Virus record (IMG/VR): IMGVR_UViG_3300030390_001703
Span: 1-63,749 of that record
Reading direction: 5' to 3' (one strand)
Source: a virus
Lineage: Duplodnaviria > Caudoviricetes
Length of the DNA: 63,749 bases
Shown: positions 9,404 through 17,128 of the stretch, piece after piece
Layout: every line of letters starts with the position of its first letter
Position numbering within the stretch: position 1 is the stretch's first letter
Position numbers and translations under genes: made by a program
The notes under the pieces: generated by a model
The model's input: only the letters and a program-made list of their open reading frames with translations
Database searches by the model: none
Told to the model about the DNA's origin: nothing

Positions 9404-9710
9404 AGCAGCATTGGTAAAGGAACTCCGAGATAAGGAAATCCCAATACCGAAGAACCCTACAATTGAAAACCTAACCAAGCGTTTGTCTTGGCTTGGAGGC
9501 AAAGGATTTGTTTTTAGACGATTCAAAGTTCACCCAGACCCTCTTCACCCTTGCATGAAACTTGAACAAAATGTTCTAACATACGTTCCTAATTCTAAGT
9601 TCGCTGAAAACATTATGAAATCAAAGAGGGTTATGATCGTGGCAAGAACACCTATGCCCTGGGATGGACTCGCTATTGTTGATCCACCTGTGGAGGATGA
9701 GGAAGAATGA
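9375..9710 (+). CDS. Hypothetical virion-module protein
   Basis: ATG 9375, basic N-terminal helical module; ATGA overlap with next gene. Confidence 0.65.
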   Translation: MAKVARKANKAALVKELRDKEIPIPKNPTIENLTKRLSWLGGKGFVFRRFKVHPDPLHPCMKLEQNVLTYVPNSKFAENIMKSKRVMIVARTPMPWDGLAIVDPPVEDEEE

Positions 9711-10093
9711 CTGTCACATCAAGTCAAATCCGTGACCTACTCAATCGACCCCCTAACTTGGTCGATGGAACAATCACCGAATACATCAGCATGAGAACTG
9801 TTGAAGCTAACAAAATCGTTAGGACTCAACAATACGGCATAGCAACTGCAAACGCTGTCACAGAAGCACAAAAAGAAGAGTTCATCAAAGCAGCAGTATG
9901 CGCTGATGTTCTCGTAGTTCTTGTCAATACTCTTCCTCACCACACAATGCCAGACGCAAGAGAAGGAACAGATGATCGGTTTAGGCGACAGCTTGAACAG
10001 TTCCAAATGCGAGCTAAGGAATTGAAGGCTATGATTGCCGAGCCTAACGCCGCAGCATTCTCTGTTGATAAGTCGGCAACAAGGCAAGAGTGA
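9707..10093 (+). CDS. Head-tail adaptor-like protein
   Basis: 128 aa helical protein after MCP, MTVT...IR.LL start; mostly positional. Confidence 0.55.
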   Translation: MTVTSSQIRDLLNRPPNLVDGTITEYISMRTVEANKIVRTQQYGIATANAVTEAQKEEFIKAAVCADVLVVLVNTLPHHTMPDAREGTDDRFRRQLEQFQMRAKELKAMIAEPNAAAFSVDKSATRQE

Positions 10094-10099
10094 TCCACA
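10086..10099 (+). repeat. 14-bp direct repeat AAGAGTGATCCACA (second copy 12786-12799)
   Basis: Exact match at two stop/start junctions flanking the fibre cassette. Confidence 0.8.
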
Positions 10100-12235
10100 A
10101 TGACGGATTATTATTGGATAGGGGCATTGAACTCATTAGCCTCGAAGCCCGACAATTGGAGCTTGTCAAGCGGTGGGTCTTCTCAAGGTGGATCATGGTC
10201 TTCTCCCCCTTCAGCCACAGACAACTTCTTTTTCAATTCACGTGCAAATATCGCCTGTACTTGGGAGTCAAGCATCGTTTCTATGGCGACAGTCCAGAGC
10301 ATTCAACAGTCCCTTAGTGAACCATACACAGGCATTCTAACAATGAGTATCAATACAGCCATGCAGGGTTTGATTCTCAATGCTGAACTTAAAGGCTCTG
10401 CTATCATCACCTTAGCAGGAGCTAATCTTGCCGCACTTAACGATGCTTCAAGTCGTAAGAGATACGTTCTCAACGGACAAAAAGCCAAGATTGATTCTTT
10501 TACAGGATCATACAAAATAGAAGCAGCACAAACCGCAACATACCTTGACAACGGCCCATATCCTGCTCTAACCCTTGCTACAAACACATTAACGCTTGCT
10601 TACAACGTGCCTACGGCTACAACTCACGATCATGCCGACAATGCTACTATCCACATCAAAGGTGCATTCGTAGTAACTTCTGCTTCTGGATTTGTTAGAG
10701 ATGGCGCACCAAACGCAGCTCTTGACACCGAAGTAAAAATTAAGTTCGACAACGCCACTTTTACTTATCCTGCAACAGTCCTTGACTTCAATATGGCTAC
10801 TGCTTCATTTAGAGGGGTTGAACTACCCGTCACAGCAACAACAACTTATGGATCAAGTGCTGGATTTACTGCCAAACACTACGGAATCGTAGTCTTTGCA
10901 GCAACCAACGGAGAACTATGTACGATTAGAAACGGTGTTCAGTTAGATGCTTATTCTCTTGAGATAAAAGCTGGTGCAAGACTTCGAGTTAATTCTAATA
11001 CTGCAAATCCAGCGGTCATAAAAACTCAAACAGAGCCAAAAATTGCAGGTGTTTGGTCTTTCGAGTCGTTAAGTTCTCACACCTTCAGCTCCCCAAGAAA
11101 CAACCCTGTTACCTCTGTTGCTAACGGAGGTACAGGATTAACTGACGTTCCCCCTAACAACCTCTTAATGGGTAGCGCAACTTCTGGTATGTCGGCATTG
11201 ACAAAGATAACTCCTGGTGTAAATGGTCAAGTTCTAACCCTTACGGGTGGAGTTCCAGGTTGGGCTGCATCGGGTGGTGGTGGTGGTTCTGGTACAGTCA
11301 CTTCTGTTGCTACTACTGCACCGATCACAGGAGGCACAATCACAACAACAGGAACAATCGGTATCAGTGCGGCTACGACAAGTGCGGCTGGTTCTATGTC
11401 TGGTGCTGACAAAACAAAGCTCGATACTGTCGAAACAAACGCAGACGTGACCGATGCAACGAATGTGACTGCGGCGGGTGCGCTTATGGATAGTGAAGTG
11501 ACCAACCTCGCTCAAGTCAAAGCATTTGACGAATCCGATTATGCTACTGCGGCTCAAGGATCAAAGGCTGACAGCGCACAACAACCTCCATCCGAAGGAG
11601 CATTCGTCAACGGTGACAAAACCAAGTTGGACGGGATTGAGGCAAACGCAGATGTGACAGACACAGCAAATGTTGTCGCCTCATTGACCGCAGGAACAAA
11701 CATAACCATAGCGGCTAATGGAACCATAGCGGCTTCTGGTGGAGGAACTACTCTTCAACACCTAAGACTCTTTATGAAAAATAAAAGTGGGAACCCAGCC
11801 ACCTATTCGGTAGGTAGTTCCTATGTGATTATGGACATAGCCAACACAACAAATTGGGGAGAATCGACTACCGGAACCCACAATGATATAACGGTGACAA
11901 ACGCTTCCAGTGACCACATAGTTCTCGGTGCGGGTGGACTTTATCACATTATTGTGACTATTGAGTTCTTCCCAGCAAGTTCAACCAATCGTGATATGTG
12001 GTTGGTTGTTAGCACTGACACATCAAGCACAGGGCAGTTAGGTACAGCGCGAGCGCAAAATGGTCTTGCCAACTTCAAAATGCAACACACCGTCTATCAT
12101 GAAGTTGCTTCGGGGGGTAGTGACGACGAGATTTACTTTTCCGTTCGCTCTAATGGAAACAACAGCAACCTTATCGCATTTAGTGACAACCGAAGTACCA
12201 TCACAATCACCCGTGTAGGAGATTCAACAGTATGA
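10100..12235 (+). CDS. Fibre/adhesin protein
   Basis: Thr/Ala/Gly-rich; VANGGTG, GQVLT, GTVTSV and two DKTKLD..E.NADVTD repeats typical of viral fibres; beta-sandwich-like C-terminus. Confidence 0.8.
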   Translation: MTDYYWIGALNSLASKPDNWSLSSGGSSQGGSWSSPPSATDNFFFNSRANIACTWESSIVSMATVQSIQQSLSEPYTGILTMSINTAMQGLILNAELKGSAIITLAGANLAALNDASSRKRYVLNGQKAKIDSFTGSYKIEAAQTATYLDNGPYPALTLATNTLTLAYNVPTATTHDHADNATIHIKGAFVVTSASGFVRDGAPNAALDTEVKIKFDNATFTYPATVLDFNMATASFRGVELPVTATTTYGSSAGFTAKHYGIVVFAATNGELCTIRNGVQLDAYSLEIKAGARLRVNSNTANPAVIKTQTEPKIAGVWSFESLSSHTFSSPRNNPVTSVANGGTGLTDVPPNNLLMGSATSGMSALTKITPGVNGQVLTLTGGVPGWAASGGGGGSGTVTSVATTAPITGGTITTTGTIGISAATTSAAGSMSGADKTKLDTVETNADVTDATNVTAAGALMDSEVTNLAQVKAFDESDYATAAQGSKADSAQQPPSEGAFVNGDKTKLDGIEANADVTDTANVVASLTAGTNITIAANGTIAASGGGTTLQHLRLFMKNKSGNPATYSVGSSYVIMDIANTTNWGESTTGTHNDITVTNASSDHIVLGAGGLYHIIVTIEFFPASSTNRDMWLVVSTDTSSTGQLGTARAQNGLANFKMQHTVYHEVASGGSDDEIYFSVRSNGNNSNLIAFSDNRSTITITRVGDSTV

Positions 12236-12405
12236 CGCTACAAGCAAAATTAGAAACAAGATTTCCCGACCACGATTGGTCGCACATGGTCGAAGACTCA
12301 TGCTTTATTGTAAGCAAAGGGGTGTACTGGATCAAGCAAAGTGCTTGGTATGCTGACCTCCCCCAATGGACTTCGGATGAAATCAAAACATTTGTGGAGA
12401 GTTAA
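12232..12405 (+). CDS. Small protein (57 aa), possible fibre chaperone
   Basis: Manual translation MTLQAKLETRFPDHDW...; ATGA overlap with fibre stop. Confidence 0.55.
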   Translation: MTLQAKLETRFPDHDWSHMVEDSCFIVSKGVYWIKQSAWYADLPQWTSDEIKTFVES

Positions 12406-12407
12406 TT

Positions 12408-12587
12408 ATGGCAAGAAAAGTAGGTAAGATCGTATATGCTCCACCAGAGCGTTGCTTGAATCACATTGAGATTGAAGAAACCCCGCATGGCTACAAATTG
12501 TACCAGAAGGGCGAAGAACGGCCATTTAAGGTGATACCTTTTAGTGTCGTGAGGGAAGTGTCCTTTACAGGGGGAAATAAGAAATGA
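12408..12587 (+). CDS. Small hypothetical protein (59 aa)
   Basis: Manual translation MARKVGKIVYAPPERC...; GGAG RBS; ATGA overlap with next gene. Confidence 0.6.
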   Translation: MARKVGKIVYAPPERCLNHIEIEETPHGYKLYQKGEERPFKVIPFSVVREVSFTGGNKK

Positions 12588-12793
12588 ACCTAACTATCGA
12601 AAATGTGGAACTTTGGCTGGCTGCGCTTGCAGCCGTCGCTGGTCTTGGTGTGTGGGGCTACAAGAAGTGGCTCTCCATCAAAGAAGGCGGTATCTCACTT
12701 GGAGAAGTTTTGGATGCAGTCGAAGAGGCAGCAGACAAGGCAGAAGAAGTGAAAGAACAAGTTGAAGAAGCCATTGAAGAAACCAAAGAGTGA
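12584..12793 (+). CDS. Small single-TM protein (holin-like)
   Basis: One hydrophobic span then acidic amphipathic helix. Confidence 0.6.
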   Translation: MNLTIENVELWLAALAAVAGLGVWGYKKWLSIKEGGISLGEVLDAVEEAADKAEEVKEQVEEAIEETKE

Positions 12794-12798
12794 TCCAC

Positions 12799-13326
12799 AT
12801 GACTTACTACTGCACAACTGACGAAGTAGCTTTGCGACTTGGTTTTGATTCGGCCCAAAAGGTTCGAGCGCAGACCAGGCTTACATCGAGTATTCGTCGT
12901 GCAACAGTGGTTATTGATTCGGTGTATCGTGACTATGGACGACCAACTCCAAGCCGTGAAATCGCTACGACTACTCTCAACGGATCAGTAGCGGCAGGGG
13001 CAACTACAATCACACTTACCTCTGCGTCCACCTTTTCAGCAGCAGGTAACGGCAACATTGACGGCGATTCATTCGCTTGGTCTGGTAAATCATCCAACGA
13101 TCTCACAGGCGTTAGTGGTATTTCAGCCGATCATGCGACAGGAGTAACCGTCGAAGAAGGTGAGATGGCCGAAGCACTACGTCAAATATGTGCTGACTAC
13201 GCCGCAGGGCTTTATCTTCAAGACGATGCGGCTTTGTCGGATCAAGAATCACTGCGTTCCCCAATGCTAATCGAACGTGCGAATGAGCTACTGTTCCGTT
13301 ATGCTAAATTGGGGAGTGTTGATTGA
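12799..13326 (+). CDS. Head-tail connector-like protein with inserted beta module
   Basis: MTYYCT.DEV..RL start and LRQICAD.AA end typical of connectors; central TTLNGSVAAGATTITL insert. Confidence 0.6.
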   Translation: MTYYCTTDEVALRLGFDSAQKVRAQTRLTSSIRRATVVIDSVYRDYGRPTPSREIATTTLNGSVAAGATTITLTSASTFSAAGNGNIDGDSFAWSGKSSNDLTGVSGISADHATGVTVEEGEMAEALRQICADYAAGLYLQDDAALSDQESLRSPMLIERANELLFRYAKLGSVD

Positions 13327-14027
13327 TGGCGTATAAGGCATCCAAGTCCTATGGCGCAGGTGGTGAACGCCGTGGTCTTATCAATTTTCGAGTTCATGTT
13401 GATGACAAAGAGTTCATGAATAAAATGAAATCTCTTGGATCAGAAGGTCAAGACGAGCTTCGCAAGCTCATCAATAAGATGATGCAAGAGGCAAGGCATG
13501 AATCTCAAGAGTTCTTGTTAGATCAAAAGATACACAATAGAGGCCAGCAAGGACAAACAGCCAGGGCCGTTCAAAATGTCATGACTCCTAACGGAGATAA
13601 GAACGTGTACGTTCAAATCGCTGAAAGTCTAAAAGTGTCCGACGACGCTTTATTCGTGCGTTTATTCTCCGCACCTTATCCTTCTGGCTACCTCTCCCAA
13701 GCAACAGGTAGCAGAGGTGGCGCAAAGGTCGCTTTGATCCACGCTGGCGGTGCAGGTGCTTTCAACTACGCCAAGAACCTACCAGGCATTATACAGAACT
13801 CCGTTTATTGGTATCTCAAGACAGGTAAGAAGAGAGGCTACACCAGAAAACCAAAGCGAGGTTCAGCAACAAAAGGTGACGTTTCGTTTTGGCCTAAGTC
13901 TGGCGATATGCGAGATAAGCAACACCCTGGTTTCAAGAAGGTGGATTTCATAGAACCTGCCCAACAATACATGGAAAAGAACTTCGAGAAAGAAGCTGAA
14001 CAATTGATTCAGCGATTGGTAGGGTGA
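13323..14027 (+). CDS. Neck/tail-completion protein (HK97 gp10-like)
   Basis: Basic protein ending HPGFKKVDFIEPA; position. Confidence 0.6.
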   Translation: MMAYKASKSYGAGGERRGLINFRVHVDDKEFMNKMKSLGSEGQDELRKLINKMMQEARHESQEFLLDQKIHNRGQQGQTARAVQNVMTPNGDKNVYVQIAESLKVSDDALFVRLFSAPYPSGYLSQATGSRGGAKVALIHAGGAGAFNYAKNLPGIIQNSVYWYLKTGKKRGYTRKPKRGSATKGDVSFWPKSGDMRDKQHPGFKKVDFIEPAQQYMEKNFEKEAEQLIQRLVG

Positions 14028-14031
14028 GAAT

Positions 14032-15132
14032 ATGACAGTATCGAAAACAACGGACTTTTGGACTTCAAGGATGGATGGTAACAACCCCACAGTCCCAACA
14101 GGAACGCATAACCAAGCCTTTGCAGGAACAGCAGGTGCGGCTGATGGTCTTAATTGGAAAATCAACGCAAGTAGTAGCCTCGGATATTATAGCTTAGGTG
14201 GCGACCCACTATCCACTGACTGCACAGTATGGCTTGGGTTATCTTACACTGATAGCACAAACATACCGACAGACGGAACAATTCTCGCTTCCATTGAAAA
14301 CGGATCATTCAAAGTCGAGCTTCAAGCTGATGGAACAGCGGGTGGTTTGAAGGTAGTTGGTGCAACAACAGTCGCATTCTCTGGACTTGATTTAATCATG
14401 GCTGATCTTGACGCTATACCCACGGTCATGCGTTTGACTTTGAGCAAGACAACAGGAGAGGTTAATGCGTATCTCTTTGACATTATTGAGAATGATGTTG
14501 GAGATGTGTTAAGCAAAACCTTGACAGGAACGACTGTCGGATTAGGTACGCCAGGAATTAACTTTGGAAATAACTCTGGAGAGGTGACTTGGTACTCTGT
14601 ATATATCACCACAATGGGAGCATTCACCCCAGACGAGATGGTGACAAGCAACTACTCCAATGTGACTTTGGTTCAAACCGCATTCGGTATCATTGACGTT
14701 CTCAAGACCGCCAGCTCCTACAACCTCAAGAATGTGGTGCAACCAGATGCTATTCGCTACGGTTATGACATATCCTCAAACATGGCTGTCAAATACACGC
14801 CAGCAGTTCACGTTCTCATCCGTCGAATCGACAGCCCCGATATGTACGCTCTCGCTGGATCAGCGGCAGAATACTTCTTCCAAGTCGAAGTCTATGTCGT
14901 GACAAAGGGAACAGACTACAAGAACTGCTATCGTCAAGGTATGGCTATCGTAGGAGAGTGTTTAGATGAGCTGTATTCTAAGACTGGACTCAAGGGCAGC
15001 ACTGATTCTCTGATCGGTCATGACGCTCGTTTAGACGCTCGGCTTGATCCAGATGACCAAGTATGTTGTCATGTTTTGAACCTCCGATACATGAGAAGAG
15101 TCGATTTATCACGCAGGGCTTCAACCTCATAA
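14032..15132 (+). CDS. Tail terminator-like protein with extra N-terminal beta domain
   Basis: Directly upstream of tail tube; C-terminal ~150 aa with PAVHV and beta-strand pattern. Confidence 0.5.
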   Translation: MTVSKTTDFWTSRMDGNNPTVPTGTHNQAFAGTAGAADGLNWKINASSSLGYYSLGGDPLSTDCTVWLGLSYTDSTNIPTDGTILASIENGSFKVELQADGTAGGLKVVGATTVAFSGLDLIMADLDAIPTVMRLTLSKTTGEVNAYLFDIIENDVGDVLSKTLTGTTVGLGTPGINFGNNSGEVTWYSVYITTMGAFTPDEMVTSNYSNVTLVQTAFGIIDVLKTASSYNLKNVVQPDAIRYGYDISSNMAVKYTPAVHVLIRRIDSPDMYALAGSAAEYFFQVEVYVVTKGTDYKNCYRQGMAIVGECLDELYSKTGLKGSTDSLIGHDARLDARLDPDDQVCCHVLNLRYMRRVDLSRRASTS

Positions 15133-15158
15133 TTGATATAACGCACGACTCATAGAAC
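15132..15158 (+). promoter_or_regulatory. Putative late promoter ATTGATATAnCGCA-N6-ATAGAAC
   Basis: Intergenic; matches 7243-7269. Confidence 0.7.
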
Positions 15159-15178
15159 AACTACCGAGAGGTTTCCTT

Positions 15179-16240
15179 ATGACCGCACTTAGCAACCGAT
15201 ATGTCACGTTACAAAAAGAAGGCCCAAGCGACTATGGATCAGAACCCGTAGCAGCAACAGCTAAGTTGTTTCTTGGAGAAGTGGATGATGAGTCCTTTTC
15301 CCAGAACTTCGATCTTCTCACACGCACCGATATTTCACGATACGGCGCATCCAAGTCTGTTCAAGGCTTGACTTACTCCGAGGGTGATGTGAACCTACCT
15401 CTTCAACTTGACGACTTCAACTCTTTCTGCCTGTTCGCAGCATTCGGTGTTGATACTTTCGATGCTTCAGCAACCCCAGACACCCACACCTTGACTGAAA
15501 CTCTTGATGATGCTAACTTTCCTTCATTCTGTATTCGAGTAGGTATGGAAGACAAAGAACACACCTACTGCGGTATGGTCTTGAACAGCCTATCCCTTTC
15601 AGCAAATATCAATGAATACGTTATGATGACCTATTCCTTCGTTGGATGCGGAGAATCAGCAGTCGGGACACTTGTAGTTCCTGGTGCTGGGACTTCAACA
15701 AGCCCACCAGCATTCTCAACCGTTGATGCTTTGCACTTCGCTAAGGCTTATGTCCGATTCGAGAACGTGGCTTCTTCAACCAACTTCTCAACGCTGGTTA
15801 AGTCGATCTCTCTTGAAATTAACATGAATCGAGATCAAGACAACGCAAGCTCTCTGGGCAAGGCAACTTACGCAGTCGCACCTCCACCTCAACTCCGTGA
15901 AATCACAGGATCAATCGAGCTCAATACAAACGGTGAAGCATCGGTTGGTAACTCACCAACCTACGATGAACTACGAGGATTCCTTCTTCACAACGGAACA
16001 AACGCACTACCAGCACTTATGATTCGTCTTGAAGATGGTGCAGCAACACCGAACTACTTTGAGATTAAGTTCCCAAAGGTCGTTTATGAAGCTCCAGAGA
16101 TGAGCCTTTCTGGTCGTGACACCTCAACCCTTTCAATGAACTTCGTGGTTCTCTTTGATGAAACCGCAGGGTACATGGCTAAGGCAGTCATTGGTATGGG
16201 TGGCATCGCCTCTGGCGCAGCCATGACAAACGCTGCTTGA
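15179..16240 (+). CDS. Major tail tube protein
   Basis: 353 aa; E..YG start, REITGSIE, upstream of chaperones and tape measure; no sheath gene seen. Confidence 0.82.
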   Translation: MTALSNRYVTLQKEGPSDYGSEPVAATAKLFLGEVDDESFSQNFDLLTRTDISRYGASKSVQGLTYSEGDVNLPLQLDDFNSFCLFAAFGVDTFDASATPDTHTLTETLDDANFPSFCIRVGMEDKEHTYCGMVLNSLSLSANINEYVMMTYSFVGCGESAVGTLVVPGAGTSTSPPAFSTVDALHFAKAYVRFENVASSTNFSTLVKSISLEINMNRDQDNASSLGKATYAVAPPPQLREITGSIELNTNGEASVGNSPTYDELRGFLLHNGTNALPALMIRLEDGAATPNYFEIKFPKVVYEAPEMSLSGRDTSTLSMNFVVLFDETAGYMAKAVIGMGGIASGAAMTNAA

Positions 16241-16251
16241 GGTGATTAAAA

Positions 16252-16443
16252 ATGGCATCACCAATCCAAAACCCTGCAAAGGTAAGAGTAGTTACTCTTG
16301 AAGGAATGAATATCACTATCGGGGGGTTGGTTCAAACGCAGCTCCAAAACCTTGATGCTAACACCGCCGTTTATTCAATTGAATACATTAGAGCAAACAA
16401 TAGTCAAGGTGTTACGTGTATTATAACATTTGAACTACCTTGA
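16252..16443 (+). CDS. Small tail-module protein
   Basis: GAGGTGA RBS, in operon. Confidence 0.6.
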   Translation: MASPIQNPAKVRVVTLEGMNITIGGLVQTQLQNLDANTAVYSIEYIRANNSQGVTCIITFELP

Positions 16444-16481
16444 AGTTAAGTTACCAGTTAAGTTAAGAGAAGTGAAGTAAA

Positions 16482-16829
16482 ATGCCCGTATTGAAAAAAG
16501 AAATAGAGCTAAACGACGGAACGAAGGTTTGGGTTCGCCAAGCCTCCGGTCTTGATAAATTAAAAATTGAAGCTAAACAGGGTCGAGCCATGCGTAAGTG
16601 TCGATCATTCGGCCCAGACCCTTCAACATGGACTGACGAACAGATGGAAGAGTTCTTGGACTTGTGCGATAAAGAAGGCGCAGGTTTCACAGATCAAGTC
16701 GAAGCATGGCTTCCAACCTGTCTTCTCGACAAAGAAATCGACCCCGATTCACTTACTTCCGAAGAGCTTGTCGCTATTTTGAACGTGATTCGAGGTGACG
16801 ATAATGAAGGCGCAGTCCCTTTGGTCTAA
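16482..16829 (+). CDS. Tail assembly chaperone (gpG-like)
   Basis: Acidic 115 aa between tube and tape measure; ends at a slippery heptamer. Confidence 0.78.
   Translation: MPVLKKEIELNDGTKVWVRQASGLDKLKIEAKQGRAMRKCRSFGPDPSTWTDEQMEEFLDLCDKEGAGFTDQVEAWLPTCLLDKEIDPDSLTSEELVAILNVIRGDDNEGAVPLV
16817..16823 (+). other. Putative -1 ribosomal frameshift site C CCT TTG
   Basis: X XXY YYZ in the correct phase just before the stop; the -1 frame is open to 17128. Confidence 0.75.
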
Positions 16830-17128
16830 TTTACAGGGCATCCCCGATCCTCTGTTCGACTTTCAAGGGGTTGCTTCCGAGCGACTTGTTCGAGAAGTAC
16901 AATCAGCCTGGCGGTCAATGGAAGTTAGAGTTGGACTTGCTCGTAGCAAACGAGATAGCCGAACAACTCAACGAATCAGTTCAAAAGGATTCCAAAGGTC
17001 GTAAGAAAAAGAATGCCAACAAAGCAATTGCTCGAAGGGATCAGAAGAGAAAATTGCATACACCAGCCGAAACCGCTAAACAACTCAACGCTTTAATTGA
17101 TAACAAGGGGGTGAAGAAAGATGGTTAG
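16823..17128 (+). CDS. Tail chaperone frameshift extension (gpT-like)
   Basis: -1 frame reads GLIYRASPILCSTFKGLLPSDLFEKY...; no good start of its own. Confidence 0.7.
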   Translation, partial: GLIYRASPILCSTFKGLLPSDLFEKYNQPGGQWKLELDLLVANEIAEQLNESVQKDSKGRKKKNANKAIARRDQKRKLHTPAETAKQLNALIDNKGVKKDG

